The notes under the pieces: generated by a model
What the model was told of the DNA's origin: nothing
Seen by the model: only the letters and a program-made list of their open reading frames with translations
Databases searched by the model: none
NCBI GenBank assembly: GCA_010015585.1
Contig: ML975156.1
Length of the DNA: 64,000 nucleotides
Origin: Eremomyces bilateralis CBS 781.70
Lineage: Eukaryota
Direction: 5' to 3' (one strand)
Shown here: piece by piece, positions 52,040-63,756 of the stretch
Numbering within the stretch: position 1 is the first letter of the stretch
Layout of the letters: each line of letters starts with the position of its first letter
Translations under genes and position numbers: made by a program

Positions 52040-53526
52040 CTACTCGAGGGAATTGCAAGGGCCTATTGCTGGAACTTTTTAGATCCACTTCTGGCTCCCA
52101 AAAATGGGGAAGCTTGTTGGACGATGTTTTGGGACAAAATCTGTACCCGACAGCAAGCAAGGAAACACAGTCTTGTTACATGACTGATATTGGCCTGATC
52201 CGTGTTATTATGCGCCGCCTCTCTAAAGGTTACCACTTGCGCTTCGTCTTGGTCTCGTTGCCGCAGTCCTCCTCATTACCGTATAGCTATTGTCGCCGGT
52301 GCCATTACCATCAGAGGCGTCCGAACTCTCGCCTCTCTCTGAATCGAAGGGTTGCTGATGAAACCGTCGGCACAAGCGATTGCGCAGTACTGTTGCAACT
52401 CCAAGCAGGGCCAAGGTAATATCCTTTGCTGCTCCCCGGCAACGCAAGAAATTCGCCAACCAGACTCCCGCAAATACAGCTTCAACCTCGTCTGCTTCGA
52501 GCGGAACGAGAAGCTCTGTGTTCTTTCCAGTTTTAGCACCCGAATTTGGCAGGCAGCTCATTCACCATCGCCGCGTTTGCGAGCGATTTGAAAGAGACGG
52601 ACACTTGCTGCGTCATGCGCCATGATGGTGCCTACTACCGCTGTCAGCTCTACTATGAAGCAAGAAAATAAGATATGGCCATAGAGTGCCCCTAGCGGAG
52701 CCCTCGAAGTTGAAACCCCCGACAACCTCAATGATCACTCCAGTGCAGTGGACGGGATTCAGTCTGTTAGCTTGTCGTCCTCTGATCTAAAAGAGAAGAG
52801 CCGGGACGCTTTCATACCAAATCCATCAATCTCCAAACCCCGGCTGTTGCTCCGTTTGATTGCGTTGGTTGACAGCTCTGCTCGGCCAGCCTCTGGCCGT
52901 TGGTCCTCTACAACACGGTTCGTCGCTTCAAACGTATTTACCTAATTACAAGCCTGACTGATCGGCATTTCTATCTAGAAAGAGCCTAGTACCGGTCATG
53001 CTTCTATAGAATGCTTATCAAATCTCTAAACTCCGACAATTTCAGCGGTAAGTTGCCGGCTTCGTTTCAATGCCTCAGCGATGACGGGTACGGTCTCGGA
53101 AGTGACCATAGAAAAGGGCAGCAAGATGGTTTTCTAATAAATCTATGCCAGTTCCCGCCGCTCGCCGAAAGTGCATTTCCTATTTCGGAGTTACCAGCCT
53201 CTGTGTGTAAACGGATCACCTCACCGCTACTGCGCTCTCCCTTTCGCTAGGCGACGGAATTAGTTATTCCAGAGATTTGGGCCGATAATTCAAATCAATA
53301 GAACAAACGGAGCAACGTGCAATCCCGTTTTTCACTCTGCTTCCGTTCAACACTTTGGGAGGCTAATCATGAATCTAGCTTGTAACCCTATGATATAAAG
53401 GTCACCTGCTGGAAGGAAGACCAATTCTCATGGCGTAAATGGGAGCTTTCATGATTCTTAGCCGTTGACCTAATCGGCCTCGTTTTCCCTGATCAGTTTC
53501 CACATTTGGTTTTCAATCACCCCAAC

Positions 53527-55805
53527 ATGACGGGCCCAGGGTCAAAAATCAGCGGTATAGCCGATCCGGCGCTCCTGAACAAAGTTGACAAACTGTTTGC
53601 GAGCGGAGTTGGAGAATACGTATCTCTTCCGCAGATTGTAGCCGTCGGAGACCAGTCCAGCGGTAAAAGTTCTGTTCTTGAAGCATTAACCGGCCTGCCT
53701 TTCCCAAGGGACAGTGATCTCTGCACCCGGTTCGCGACGCAGATCAGGTTCTGCCGGGCACCAAAACCGGAGATTTCGATCTCCATCATTCCGGCCAGTG
53801 GTAGTAGCGGGGAGCACGTCGAAGCATGCACCGCCTGGTCAAAGTCCGGCCTCGAGGACCTGGACCCAGAAACATTCTCTAGCATCATGAGAGAGGTTCG
53901 CATATCCATCTGGGTTCTATCCACGGCTAACGTCTTTAGGCACATACAATTATGGGAATCGATGGCGGAATCACCTTCTCCGACGACGTGCTCCGCATTG
54001 AAATATACGGGCCGGATCAAGAGCACTTTTCGGTTGTTGATGTCCCCGGAATCTTCAGAAAGACCACCGAAGGGGTCACGACCAAAGCGGACAAGAAAAA
54101 GGTCGAAGCGATGGTCCGGCGATATATGGAGAATCCCCGGTCTATCATTCTGGCGGTCGTTCCTGCCAATGTGGACATTGCAACACAAGAGATCCTGACA
54201 ATGGCCGAGGAGGTGGATCCAGATGGACACAGGACACTTGGGGTCCTGACCAAGCCAGACTTGGTCGACAGAGGGGCTGAATCGGCGTTGATTTCCCTTG
54301 TTGAGGGCAAAAGGCACAAACTGACCTTAGGATGGTGCATTGTTCGCAATCCTGGACAAAGTCAGCTCGAGAATTCATCTGTCAACCGAGAAGCAATTGA
54401 GACGGCCTTCTTCCAGGACAACCTTCCTTGGAACACTCTTGAGAAGGACAGAGTTGGCATCAGTTCTTTGCGGCTTCGACTGCAGGAGATCCTCGCCAGT
54501 AACATCCGTCGCGAGTTTCCAAAGGTGCGTCGAGCCCCCGGCGTTCTGAAGCGATGCTAATCCTGCCGCAGGTCAAATATGAGATCCATAAGAAGCTCAA
54601 TGCCCGCAGAAAGCTTCTCGACAACCTGGGCGCAAAAAGAGAAACGGCGGACGAACAGCGTCAATACCTTTTGGGTATAAGTGAACGGTTCCAAAAATTC
54701 GTGATGTCCGCACTCTCCGCAGATTACGTGGGCGATGATTGGTTTGATAAGTTCCCAAACCTTCGTTTCGCTACTGCGGTTGTGAACCGCAATGAGGCTC
54801 TCGCGAAAATGCTGGCACAATACGGTCACTCGTATATTTTCGACAGAGAACGACGCGTCAGCGCAGAGGACGGAGATCAATGCGACAGCTCAGAGGACGG
54901 AGATGAAAATGACGAAGAAATCGAACGGCAAATTTCAGTCCGAGCCCAGGAGGACCCCGAGGGCTTGGACGAGCTGCCGCCCGGAGAGAACACGATAGTC
55001 AGCCAAACTCCTCGGGGTATTTTTAAGTGGCTATCAAGAGTCTACGAGACGTCGCGTGGTTTTGAGCTCGGTACCTTTGATGGTTCACTTCTTGCTATGA
55101 CGATGAAGACTCAGTCGTCTAAATGGGAGCCAATCGCCGTCGGTTACATCAATGATATCATCAGTATGGCGCATACGTTCGTCCGAGACTTATTGCATCT
55201 GGTCTGCCCGAATCTCCGCGTGTGGGAAGGTCTCATGTCGGTCCTCATGGATGAGCTCTTGGCGAAGTATAAAGCTGCGCTCGGCTATGTCCGTTTCCTC
55301 CTCCATGTCGAGAGGACCGGAACGCCAGCGACTCTGAATCACTACTTCGCCGATAACCTGGAAAAGTGGTAAGTCTATACATCCCGTTTTTGCATCAGCC
55401 GCTTATGATTTTACCAGCCGCCAAAAGCGCATTCGCGCCGATCTGCAAGAGAAAACCTTCGCCGATTGCAGCCACGGCGAAGTTGTCCGCCTCGAAGACA
55501 TTGTGCAGAACCATCACACGTCTAATGTCGAGCATGTCGTCCAAGAGATCCATGACATCCTCGAATCCTACTATAAAGTCGCTCGTAAGCGCTTCGCGGA
55601 TAATCTGTGCATGCAAGCAGCGGACTACCACCTCGTGACAGGGCCTTGCTCCCCGCTGAGATTCTTTGGCACGGCTTTCGTGAGCAACCTGTCCGAAGAA
55701 CAATTGATGGATATCGCCGGGGAAGATGCCGCCTCACGAACGAAGCGTGCTGCTCTGACCAAGGAGATTGCAGATCTTGAAGCCGGAAAGAAAATCGTAT
55801 CCTAA
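53527..55805 (+). CDS. Mx-like dynamin-family GTPase, ~712 aa, intact
   Basis: G1 GDQSSGKS, G2 CTRFAT, G3 DVPG, G4 TKPD and a GED-like C-terminus (YYKVARKRFADN). Introns 53896-53939, 54525-54571 and 55369-55417 restore one frame. Confidence 0.9.
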
Positions 55806-56225
55806 TTTTGGACTGCATGTACTGTAGCAAGGCAGTTCGGTGTTTGAGTACTCCGTAAGTTAGCATTAGTTATCCCTTCTTTTGGTAGTTTTTGCTTGGA
55901 TGGACCGCCTGTTGTGAATGGCGCATATTTAGCCAATCATTTGTAGCAGACTATCTTCCCCGCTCTCCGCCAACCGGTCACGACTTCCTTGCTCCTGCAC
56001 AGTTTGTATTGACATGTTCCGGTGCAATGTCAGTTCTAGTTGAACCAAACCTACCACGCTCTGGTTTAGTACACCATAACGGGCGCCTTGCAGATTAAAG
56101 ATAAAGGAGTGGCATCCAATGGCAGCTATCCACGTTACTCATTACCCTTATATTTCCAATTTATACAAGACATTTAGCTGGCAATCCTTTCGCAGTGCTT
56201 CTCACGACCATTTCCTTCATTTGCC

Positions 56226-57558
56226 ATGTCTAGTCAACCCGCAATATCACCAAAGTTTCTAGAACGCTGGAAAGATGTTCATAATGCTGTCACCACATTC
56301 TCCCAAGTTGCAAAGTCGTTAAATGAGGTCGAAGAGGTTATGATCGAGAGGAGAACACTGGGTGATCAAGTAAAGCGGCTGGAGACGGAAAGGTCCGAGA
56401 GTGCTGGGGAGGTCGCCTCTCTTAAAACAACACATACCGTCCTGATCCAGCAATTTGAGTTAAGGTACAATAGCTGGGAGCTTGAACGCAAGGAATTACG
56501 AGAGCAATACGAAGACGGGAAGCGAAAAGGCCAGCAAGAGCTTGATGATATTAAAAGAGAATTAGCTGCAAGGGAAGGCCAGCTTCGAACCGCGCAGTCT
56601 AGTATAGTAGAGAAGGATGTAAAAATTCTAGGTTTGGAGAGGAGCCTACATGAGGCACTGAACGAACTACGAGATATTAGAGGCGCTATCGGGTTAATAG
56701 ATCTGGACGAGAGTTTGTCAGTATCGGACTCCCACGATATGCGCATTTACTAACGTTAGGGGTTGGCAGTTCCGGCCAACTTTCGGAGATATCGAGCACG
56801 CTGCGGGCGATAGCGCAAGATTTTTTCTTTACAACCCTTCCAGAGAAAAATATGGTACGCGAACCCTTTATGTGATATCTTTAACTAACCTCGTCAAGGA
56901 TACACTGTATCGCCAGCTTCGACAATCTCGTTTCATTGCTCGTCCATTCGTGATACCAATATCTAACAGCATTCCTTCTCAGCACCTCAGGATGGTCGCC
57001 GCACAAGCTCTTATTGCCCGGCAACTTTCAAACAAGATCTTTCGCACTATCCACGTTTCAGAGTCTCCCACACCCCGAGACTTGGACAAGATGTCGACCG
57101 AGTACCCCCTACGTGGCACGGTGTTTCGTGCTATGCACGCGACTGCATTTAATGAACAAGAGAAAGAGCTGATAGACAACGATATTGAAGAAATCACAGA
57201 CAATCTCATTAGAAGTACTCAACCTCTTGTTTCTGACAGCGAAAACCTTAAAATGAGGCTTCGAAAGCTTTTCAAGGATGCGTTATGGCTTTGGCAATAC
57301 GCGAGAAGAAACATAGAGAGAGTCTATTGCTCTATAGACAGTGTAAACTGGAACCATTGCGAAGAGTATCAGAGTCCCACCATTACCAAAGAACGCGACT
57401 TACCAAAGGTGCGGACTTCTGATATAGTTTTGTTCCCTTGCATACATTTGCGGTCAGGTCGCAAGCCTTTCCATCCTGGCTATGTTCTTCGGTCTGACAA
57501 TCCTCTTCTGATGCTAGGTGCGATAGAGGCTACGGAGCAGGATTCTCATGTATCGTGA
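56226..57558 (+). CDS. Coiled-coil protein of unknown function, ~411 aa, intact
   Basis: About 150-aa heptad-rich N-terminus. Introns 56717-56769 and 56855-56898 give a continuous frame into a helical C-domain (IPISNSIPSQHLRMVAAQALIARQL...VLFPCI...HPGYVL). Confidence 0.7.
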
Positions 57559-57774
57559 TCTCCTTTGGGCACACAGGGTAAGGGAAAGTTAAGACTAGCT
57601 TCGAGGGCATATTCAAGGGACAATGCAGCTTTGGCCAGACATCTATTATGTATTTATCTACTATTCTAGGCTCTCCGTTTCAGGGTAACAGTATGTAAAC
57701 GTCGGCTCCGAGATACACTTTAAGAGCCATGCAGCGCAGGTTCACAATATATCCTTCTGGATATCACTGTCTCA

Positions 57775-57962
57775 TGTCATGGGCCCAAACCACGAAGGAT
57801 TTGGTAAGCTGGTAACGCTGTTGAATTGCTAAAGAGAGAAGGAGAAGATCTCTCTTACTGCGATCTGCTATTTACATCTGTGGGCAAACGGTCTACCCAT
57901 CCCTTCTGCCTTAGGCTGCAAGGCCACAACACACAGACTGGGCGAAGCCCAAGACTGTCACA
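57775..57962 (+). mobile_element. Solo LTR, family C, copy 1, with 5-bp TSD
   Basis: TGTCA...GTCACA, 188 bp, flanked on both sides by TCTCA (57770-57774, 57963-57967). Confidence 0.93.
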
Positions 57963-59058
57963 TCTCATCCACATATGTCAAAGAAAATGAGACTTGCACG
58001 TCCGCGTTTAGGTCGCACGACAATCAAGTCTTGCCGCTTCTAGATGATTTATAACTGTTGCATCAACTACTCCAGATCTTAACTTGAAGGGCAGTTGACG
58101 AGGATAAGAATCGGATAATTAAACCTTGGGGGACTGGCCGTCCAGGGGCAGCGGGGTAAAGGATGTGTTCCGAAATCCATTAACCTAACAACCAGTTTCC
58201 TGGATTCTGAAAATGGTAATTTACAGACTCCTATTTATTTCATTTATTTCTTACATCCACCCTAGCCATGCGGTCGCGTCCTACAGTGACGAGCAGAGTC
58301 GGTTTCCAGTTTTACGCTTCAATATGATCTCGACGTACTGTCGCATTACGCGGGGGTGATGATTAAGCAAGTTCGCTGCTTAAGCTCAGTTACCGTACTG
58401 TATAGACACAACGCATGTTGATATTGACGATTCCCATTGTATCCCCGAGTGTGTTTTCGCTAGCTAAACCGTTGAAAATAGGTGTGATGGATCAGAGGTC
58501 CGCAGACCTGGATGCCTTGTGGCCTTGTGGCCCGTTTGCTCTGTAAACACCAGAACAGATAAACGCCTCGCACACCTTAGATAGATTCCTCCTTCATAGC
58601 AACAATTCAATGTTTGCCTCACGATTGGAGATTCCCGACAGTGAGACTCTTACAATAGGCAAATACATAGGAGAAGAGTGAGCAGTCCTAAATAGGCTTA
58701 GCCTAGGGGTAATGGGCAGAGAAAGGAATATTGCGTGGTAGTAGAAACGAACAGGGACATCCTGCGACACATACAGTCCTCCTGGCAAGGGATACGCATC
58801 CTATTTCGTATTAGTGCATTGCAGGGTGAGACTGCGCCATCCGCTGCGCCATGAGCTCTTTTGCACCTTCACACCAGTCCTTGTGTGGACGATGCCAACA
58901 GGTAATAGAACCAATAATGTGGAAGCTGCGTTTTCCCTTTTTCATCACACTATCCCCCCACGTAGTACCAGTAATTATATCCTTTCGCTGAAGATATTCT
59001 TGAGAGAACTCAATCCCCCTAGCGACTTACGTTCGGTTCTTTAAAACCTACCCTCGCT

Positions 59059-61095
59059 ATGCGGCAGCTTAGCAGTGGCCCCAGCGGCAGCTTCCGCCTG
59101 ACCCACTTCCCCAGCGACAGTATTCCCAGCTATGCAATCCTTTCGCACACCTGGGACGCGGATGACCAGGAGGTTACATTCCAAGATATTACGAATACCG
59201 TGGGAACCAGCAAGACAGGCTATAGAAAGATCGAGTTTTGTAAGGAGCAAGCAAAGAAACATGGGCTTCAGTATTTCTGGGTGGACAGCTGCTGCATCGA
59301 CAAGTCAAGTAGCGCCGAGCTCACAGAGGCTCTTAACTCGATGTTTCGCTGGTACGGGGATGCAGCAAAATGCTATGTGTATCTCTCAGACGTTTCAACA
59401 GGAAAGCACACCCGGTCTTCTGAGCTCCCATGGGAACCGGCGTTTAGGCGGAGTCGATGGTTCACCAGAGGCTGGACACTACAGGAGCTTCTTGCTCCGC
59501 GATCAGTCGAGTTTTTCTCCCGAGATGGCAAGCGACTTGGTAACAAAAAGTCGTTAGAACAGCAAATTCACGAGATTACTGGGATTGCAATTGGCGCACT
59601 TTAAGGACATCTGTCTCAATTCAGCAACGATGAGCGAATGTCATGGGCAAAAGAGCGAGAGACCAAGAGGGAAGAGGATCAAGCATATTGCCTCATGGGA
59701 ATCTTTGGCGTCTACCTACCGGTCATCTATGGCGAGGGGAAAAGAAACGCACTCCAACGGCTTCGAAAAGAGATCGAAGAGGGTTCAGACGATACGCGAG
59801 GTAATTCAACCGCAAGTTTTTATGGTTAGCGGACTAATCTGCAAAGTGAAATGGAACGACAAGGAACTAAACTGTATGCAAGCCCTGCGTAATTCAGCTT
59901 CCGACTACGAGCAGTTCAAGGACCGGAACTCTAGCCGACTTAGAGATACCTGCCAGTGGGTTCTCCGTCATGACCATTTCCGAAACTGGAAAGACAGCAG
60001 CTCCTCAAGTCTTCTTTGGATATCTGCGGATCCTGGATGCGGAAAATCAGTTTTCTCTAAATCTCTTCTCGACGAAGATTTCAAAAACACGGACGCTGGC
60101 ACAACTTGCTACTTCTTTTTCAAAGATGACAATGACGTACAGAAAAGTGCAGTTGCAGCGCTTGCGGCACTACTCCACCAGCTCTTTCGGCAGAAACCAA
60201 CACTTATCAAACACGCTATGCCGGATTTCGCCGCTAATGGACATCAACTTTCTCAATCATTTCATATACTCTGGAGTATTCTAATAAAGACGGTGGCTGA
60301 CCGGAATGCCGGGGAAGTCTTTTGCGTCTTGGATGCCCTCGACGAATGCGCAGAAGGAGGGCAGTATCAGATTATTAACGCTCTCAGTTCATTCTACCAG
60401 CAAGCAAGCTCCGGAAACAATGCATCTCGACTCAAAATATGTGTCACTAGTCGTCCTTACCCAGGCATTGAACGGCGCTTCACCGATCTTACTTCTAACT
60501 TTCCTACGATTCGGCTGCACGGCGAGCAAGAATCAGATATAATCAGTCATGAGATTGATCTAGTCATCAAATGGAGAGTATCTCAACTCGGATCTGAGCT
60601 CAAACTCAATAATTCAGAACAGTCAAATCTCGAAACAGAGCTGTTGAGCATGAGCCACCGAACATACCTCTGGTCAACACTCATTTTCGATATCATTCGC
60701 AAAATGATTCGACCGACAAGTCGGAAACTAAAGGCAGTTATTAGTGGCCTTCCGTCCACAGTTGATGAAGCATACGAAGCGATTCTTACAAAAATCGAGG
60801 AGGACGATCGACCACAAGCACGGAAATTGCTCTCTATCGTTGTTGGAGCAACCAGGCCTCTTACACTAACAGAAATGAACATCGCTCTAGCTATAGAAGA
60901 CCGCCATCGCTCCTTCGACGACCTTGAACCTGACCTTGACGATGAAGCGAGGTTTGAAGCGTCGGTGAGACACCTCTGCGGGCTCTTTGTGACTGTAGTG
61001 GATCGAAAGGTCTATCTGATCCATCAAACTGCAAAAGAATTCCTTCTCGCGAAGAGTGAGGCCGCTGCTATTGGATATAAATATTCTCTTGTTCT
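59059..61095 (+). pseudogene. HET-NACHT NLR-like gene with a premature stop, truncated by an LTR
   Basis: HET domain (YAILSHTW, FWVDSCCIDK, SRWFTRGWTLQELLAP). In-frame TAA at 59602-59604; intron 59801-59846. NACHT Walker A ADPGCGKS and Walker B VLDALDE; the winged-helix IHQTAKEFL is followed by the LTR at 61096. Confidence 0.88.
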
Positions 61096-61283
61096 TGTCA
61101 AGGGCCCAAACCACGAAGGATTTGGTAAGCTGGTAACGCTGTTGAATTGCTAAAGAGAGAAGGAGAAGGTCTCTCTCACTGCGATCTGCTATTTACATCT
61201 GTGGGCAAACGGTCTACCCATCCCTTCTGCCTTAGGCCGCAAGGCCACAACACACAGACTGGGCAAAGCCCAAGACTGTCACA
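61096..61283 (+). mobile_element. Solo LTR, family C, copy 2 (no TSD)
   Basis: Near-identical to 57775-57962; flanks GTTCT/CAAAG. Confidence 0.9.
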
Positions 61284-61812
61284 CAAAGTAGAGTTTGTAG
61301 AGGTTGACTTTGATGCGGATCGATTTGATACGGGAAATTCCAGCAGTCCTCGATATCCGTTACTGAATATATGATCGAGAGTTAGTTTCGTCCTGTGGTT
61401 CGGCGCCATATTAGAGGACTGCGTTAAAATGTGACTGCACGCGATCGTGAATGTCCCAGCGCCTCTGCGTGGATCACGAGACTTGATGAGATTAGTGAGA
61501 TCAATCCCGACTAGAACGCCTCGTCACTTGTGATTCGACGCCATTAATCGGCAACAGCCGTAGTTCTGTCCAACCGACCAGCCAGACGCATGCATTAGCG
61601 CCTGGTCAGGTCGCAAAGCGCAAGGCTGAGGTCGCGGAGAACAAGCTGCGAAGTGACCGGAAAACGAACGCAGCCTTATAATGGCCTTTCTCTGCCGTTA
61701 CGGTCGTCGTCCTTGTCCGACTCAACTCTAGCTTCTTCGTTGACCTAGGCGAACCGCACAACCTGTCATTCTACCCGCCCATCTGCTGGCCTAGCGCGCT
61801 TCCCTCCACACC

Positions 61813-63038
61813 ATGGCATCCCGCAACTCTCTCGACAGCCCCGACTCCTATGCGGTCGCCTGGATCGCAGCTCTTCCCATCGAGCGGGCCGCTGCAGAAG
61901 CAATGTTTGACGAGGAACATGCTCCTCCAACTGGCTTCACTAGGCACCAAATCGACGCGAACCGTTATACATGGGGTCGTATGGGAGAGCACAACATCGT
62001 TATCGTCTCCCTTGCCGCCGGAGACTATGGAACCACCTCGGCTGCGTCCACGGCCTCGAGCCTGCTTGCCTCTCTGCCATCCATCCGTGTTGGTCTTCTG
62101 GTCGGCATAGGCGGTGGCATCGCACGACCGGACGATGACCGCGATATCCGGCTCGGCGACATTGTCGTGAGCCAGCCCGATGGGACTGCAGGCGGCGTCT
62201 GCCAGTACGACTTGATTAAGGCAAAGCCTGGTAACAGGCGTGAGCGCAAAGGCTTCCTCGGACGGCCTCCGACGGTTCTCCTCAACGCGCTTGCCAGCAT
62301 CCAGGCCGATCACGAGCGGAAAGACTCCAAAGTTCCCTACTTCCTTCAACAGATGTTAGAGAAATACCCGAAGATGGGCAAGAGATCCAAGACAAGTCCT
62401 GGCTATACTCACCAGGGCTTCGACAAAGACCGCCTCTTCAAAGCTTCTAGTGGCCACGTCTCCGGGTCGGACTGTCGGGGCTGCGACGCGGCTGGCGACG
62501 TTCAACGCGATCCTCGAGACACCACCGACCCCGATATCCACTACGGGACTATCGTATCCGGCAACACGCTGGTCAAAGACGCCGCTGCGCGCGATCGGAT
62601 TATTGCCGACGTCGGCGAGGATTGCATCTGCTTTGAGATGGAAGCAGCCGGCCTGATGAACCACTTTCCCTGTCTTGTGATCCGAGGGATCTGCGACTAC
62701 GCCGATTCCCACAAGAACGATCGATGGCAACGTTACGCCTCGGCCACCGCCGCTGCGTATACTAAGGAGCTCCTGGCGTACGTGCCGGTCGCGGAGGTCC
62801 AGGAGACCAAGAAAGCGCTGGAAATGCTTCAATCAGGTTAGTAATCCATATCCTCCGACAGGGCCCTGGCCTGGCGAATAAATAAGGCGGAGTAATAATA
62901 TCACGTCGAACATATTCTGACCTGCCTTAGTTGAATAAAAAATCGATAGTATGCAGTAGACCATAGGTGTAGCGAAAATAGCCACTGATTCTATCCAGGC
63001 CGACCTTCGTACCGAGAAGATCGAGCGCTGGCTTCGCC
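61813..63038 (+). pseudogene. PNP_UDP (nucleoside phosphorylase) NLR-like gene: intact effector exon, broken downstream
   Basis: YAVAWIAALPIE, LLVGIGGG, DIRLGDIVVS, CFEMEAAGLMN and IRGICDYADSHKNDRWQRYA. Intron 62837-62930. Exon 2 has TAA (62936) and TAG (62957) and ends ...TEKIERWLR at an LTR. Confidence 0.88.
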
Positions 63039-63568
63039 TGTTATGGTTCCAGGCCTGTGGCCTGTCTCCTGAATGATAGTCACGTGACTAAGTCAACTGT
63101 CGAAGTCTTGGACATTGCGCACGCGTCGTAGATAGCTCTTCTTCTTTAGCTTTGCAATAAATGAAAGTGGTTCTCGTAACTTCTGCGATCAAACCGTCTC
63201 ATCTAGGTCCAAATATGCTATTGAGCCGCTAGGTTCGTCCTTAAGGGTTGCCCTTTATAAGGAAGACGAACTCTAGTTCCTTGCTGGCGCCAGCGTTCTA
63301 TTTATAATTCGGCCAACAGGCTGTCACTTCGTTATTATTGGCGCGGCGCGTGTAGCATACTTCTGTTAACAAGATCTACTCGGCGCTGGGAGTCTTGGTT
63401 ACATTAATCCTGGAGCCCAGGTTGTTAAGGCAATTGGGAACGGAGTTTTACGATGGACCGAGGTGTCTTTGATCTAGTTATAGAAACTGGAGAGCTATAA
63501 GTCAATAAGCGGAGCATGTTTGATATTGAAGCTTGGAAGTTCAGAATCTTGAAGTAATGGCTAGTTCC
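63039..63568 (+). mobile_element. LTR-like sequence (63039-63201, family D) plus degraded adjacent sequence
   Basis: Abrupt junction with the NLR exon; TGTTATGG...CCGTCTCA with AATAAA; TA-rich sequence without ORF follows. It is single-copy here, so the boundaries are inferred. Confidence 0.5.
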
Positions 63569-63756
63569 TGTCGTGGGCCCAAACCACGAAGGATTTGGTC
63601 AGCTGGTAACGCTGTTGAATTGCTAAAGAGAGAAGGAGAAGGTCTCTCTCACTGCGATCTGCTATTTACATCTGTGGGCAAACGGTCTACCCATCCCTTC
63701 TGCCTTAGGCCGCAAGGCCACAACACACAGACTGGGCGAAGCCCAAGACTGTCACA
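63569..63756 (+). mobile_element. Solo LTR, family C, copy 3 (no TSD)
   Basis: Near-identical to copies 1 and 2; flanks GTTCC/CAGGC. Confidence 0.9.

Noticed and set aside
52066..52625. Overlapping 80-117-aa ORFs upstream of the dynamin gene
   Set aside because: No frame shows a recognisable domain, so a real gene cannot be chosen.
53517..54317. 266-aa antisense ORF, and similar shadow ORFs over UTP21, DEF1 and the PNP gene
   Set aside because: They overlap well-supported genes on the opposite strand and carry no recognisable motifs.
59585..59846. Frameshift or TTG start for a separate NACHT gene
   Set aside because: Explained by an in-frame premature stop plus the 59801-59846 intron of a single HET-NACHT gene.
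57775..63756. CRISPR-like or regularly spaced repeat array
   Set aside because: The repeats are 188 bp with TG...CA ends, a 5-bp TSD and kb-scale irregular spacing, which identifies them as solo LTRs.
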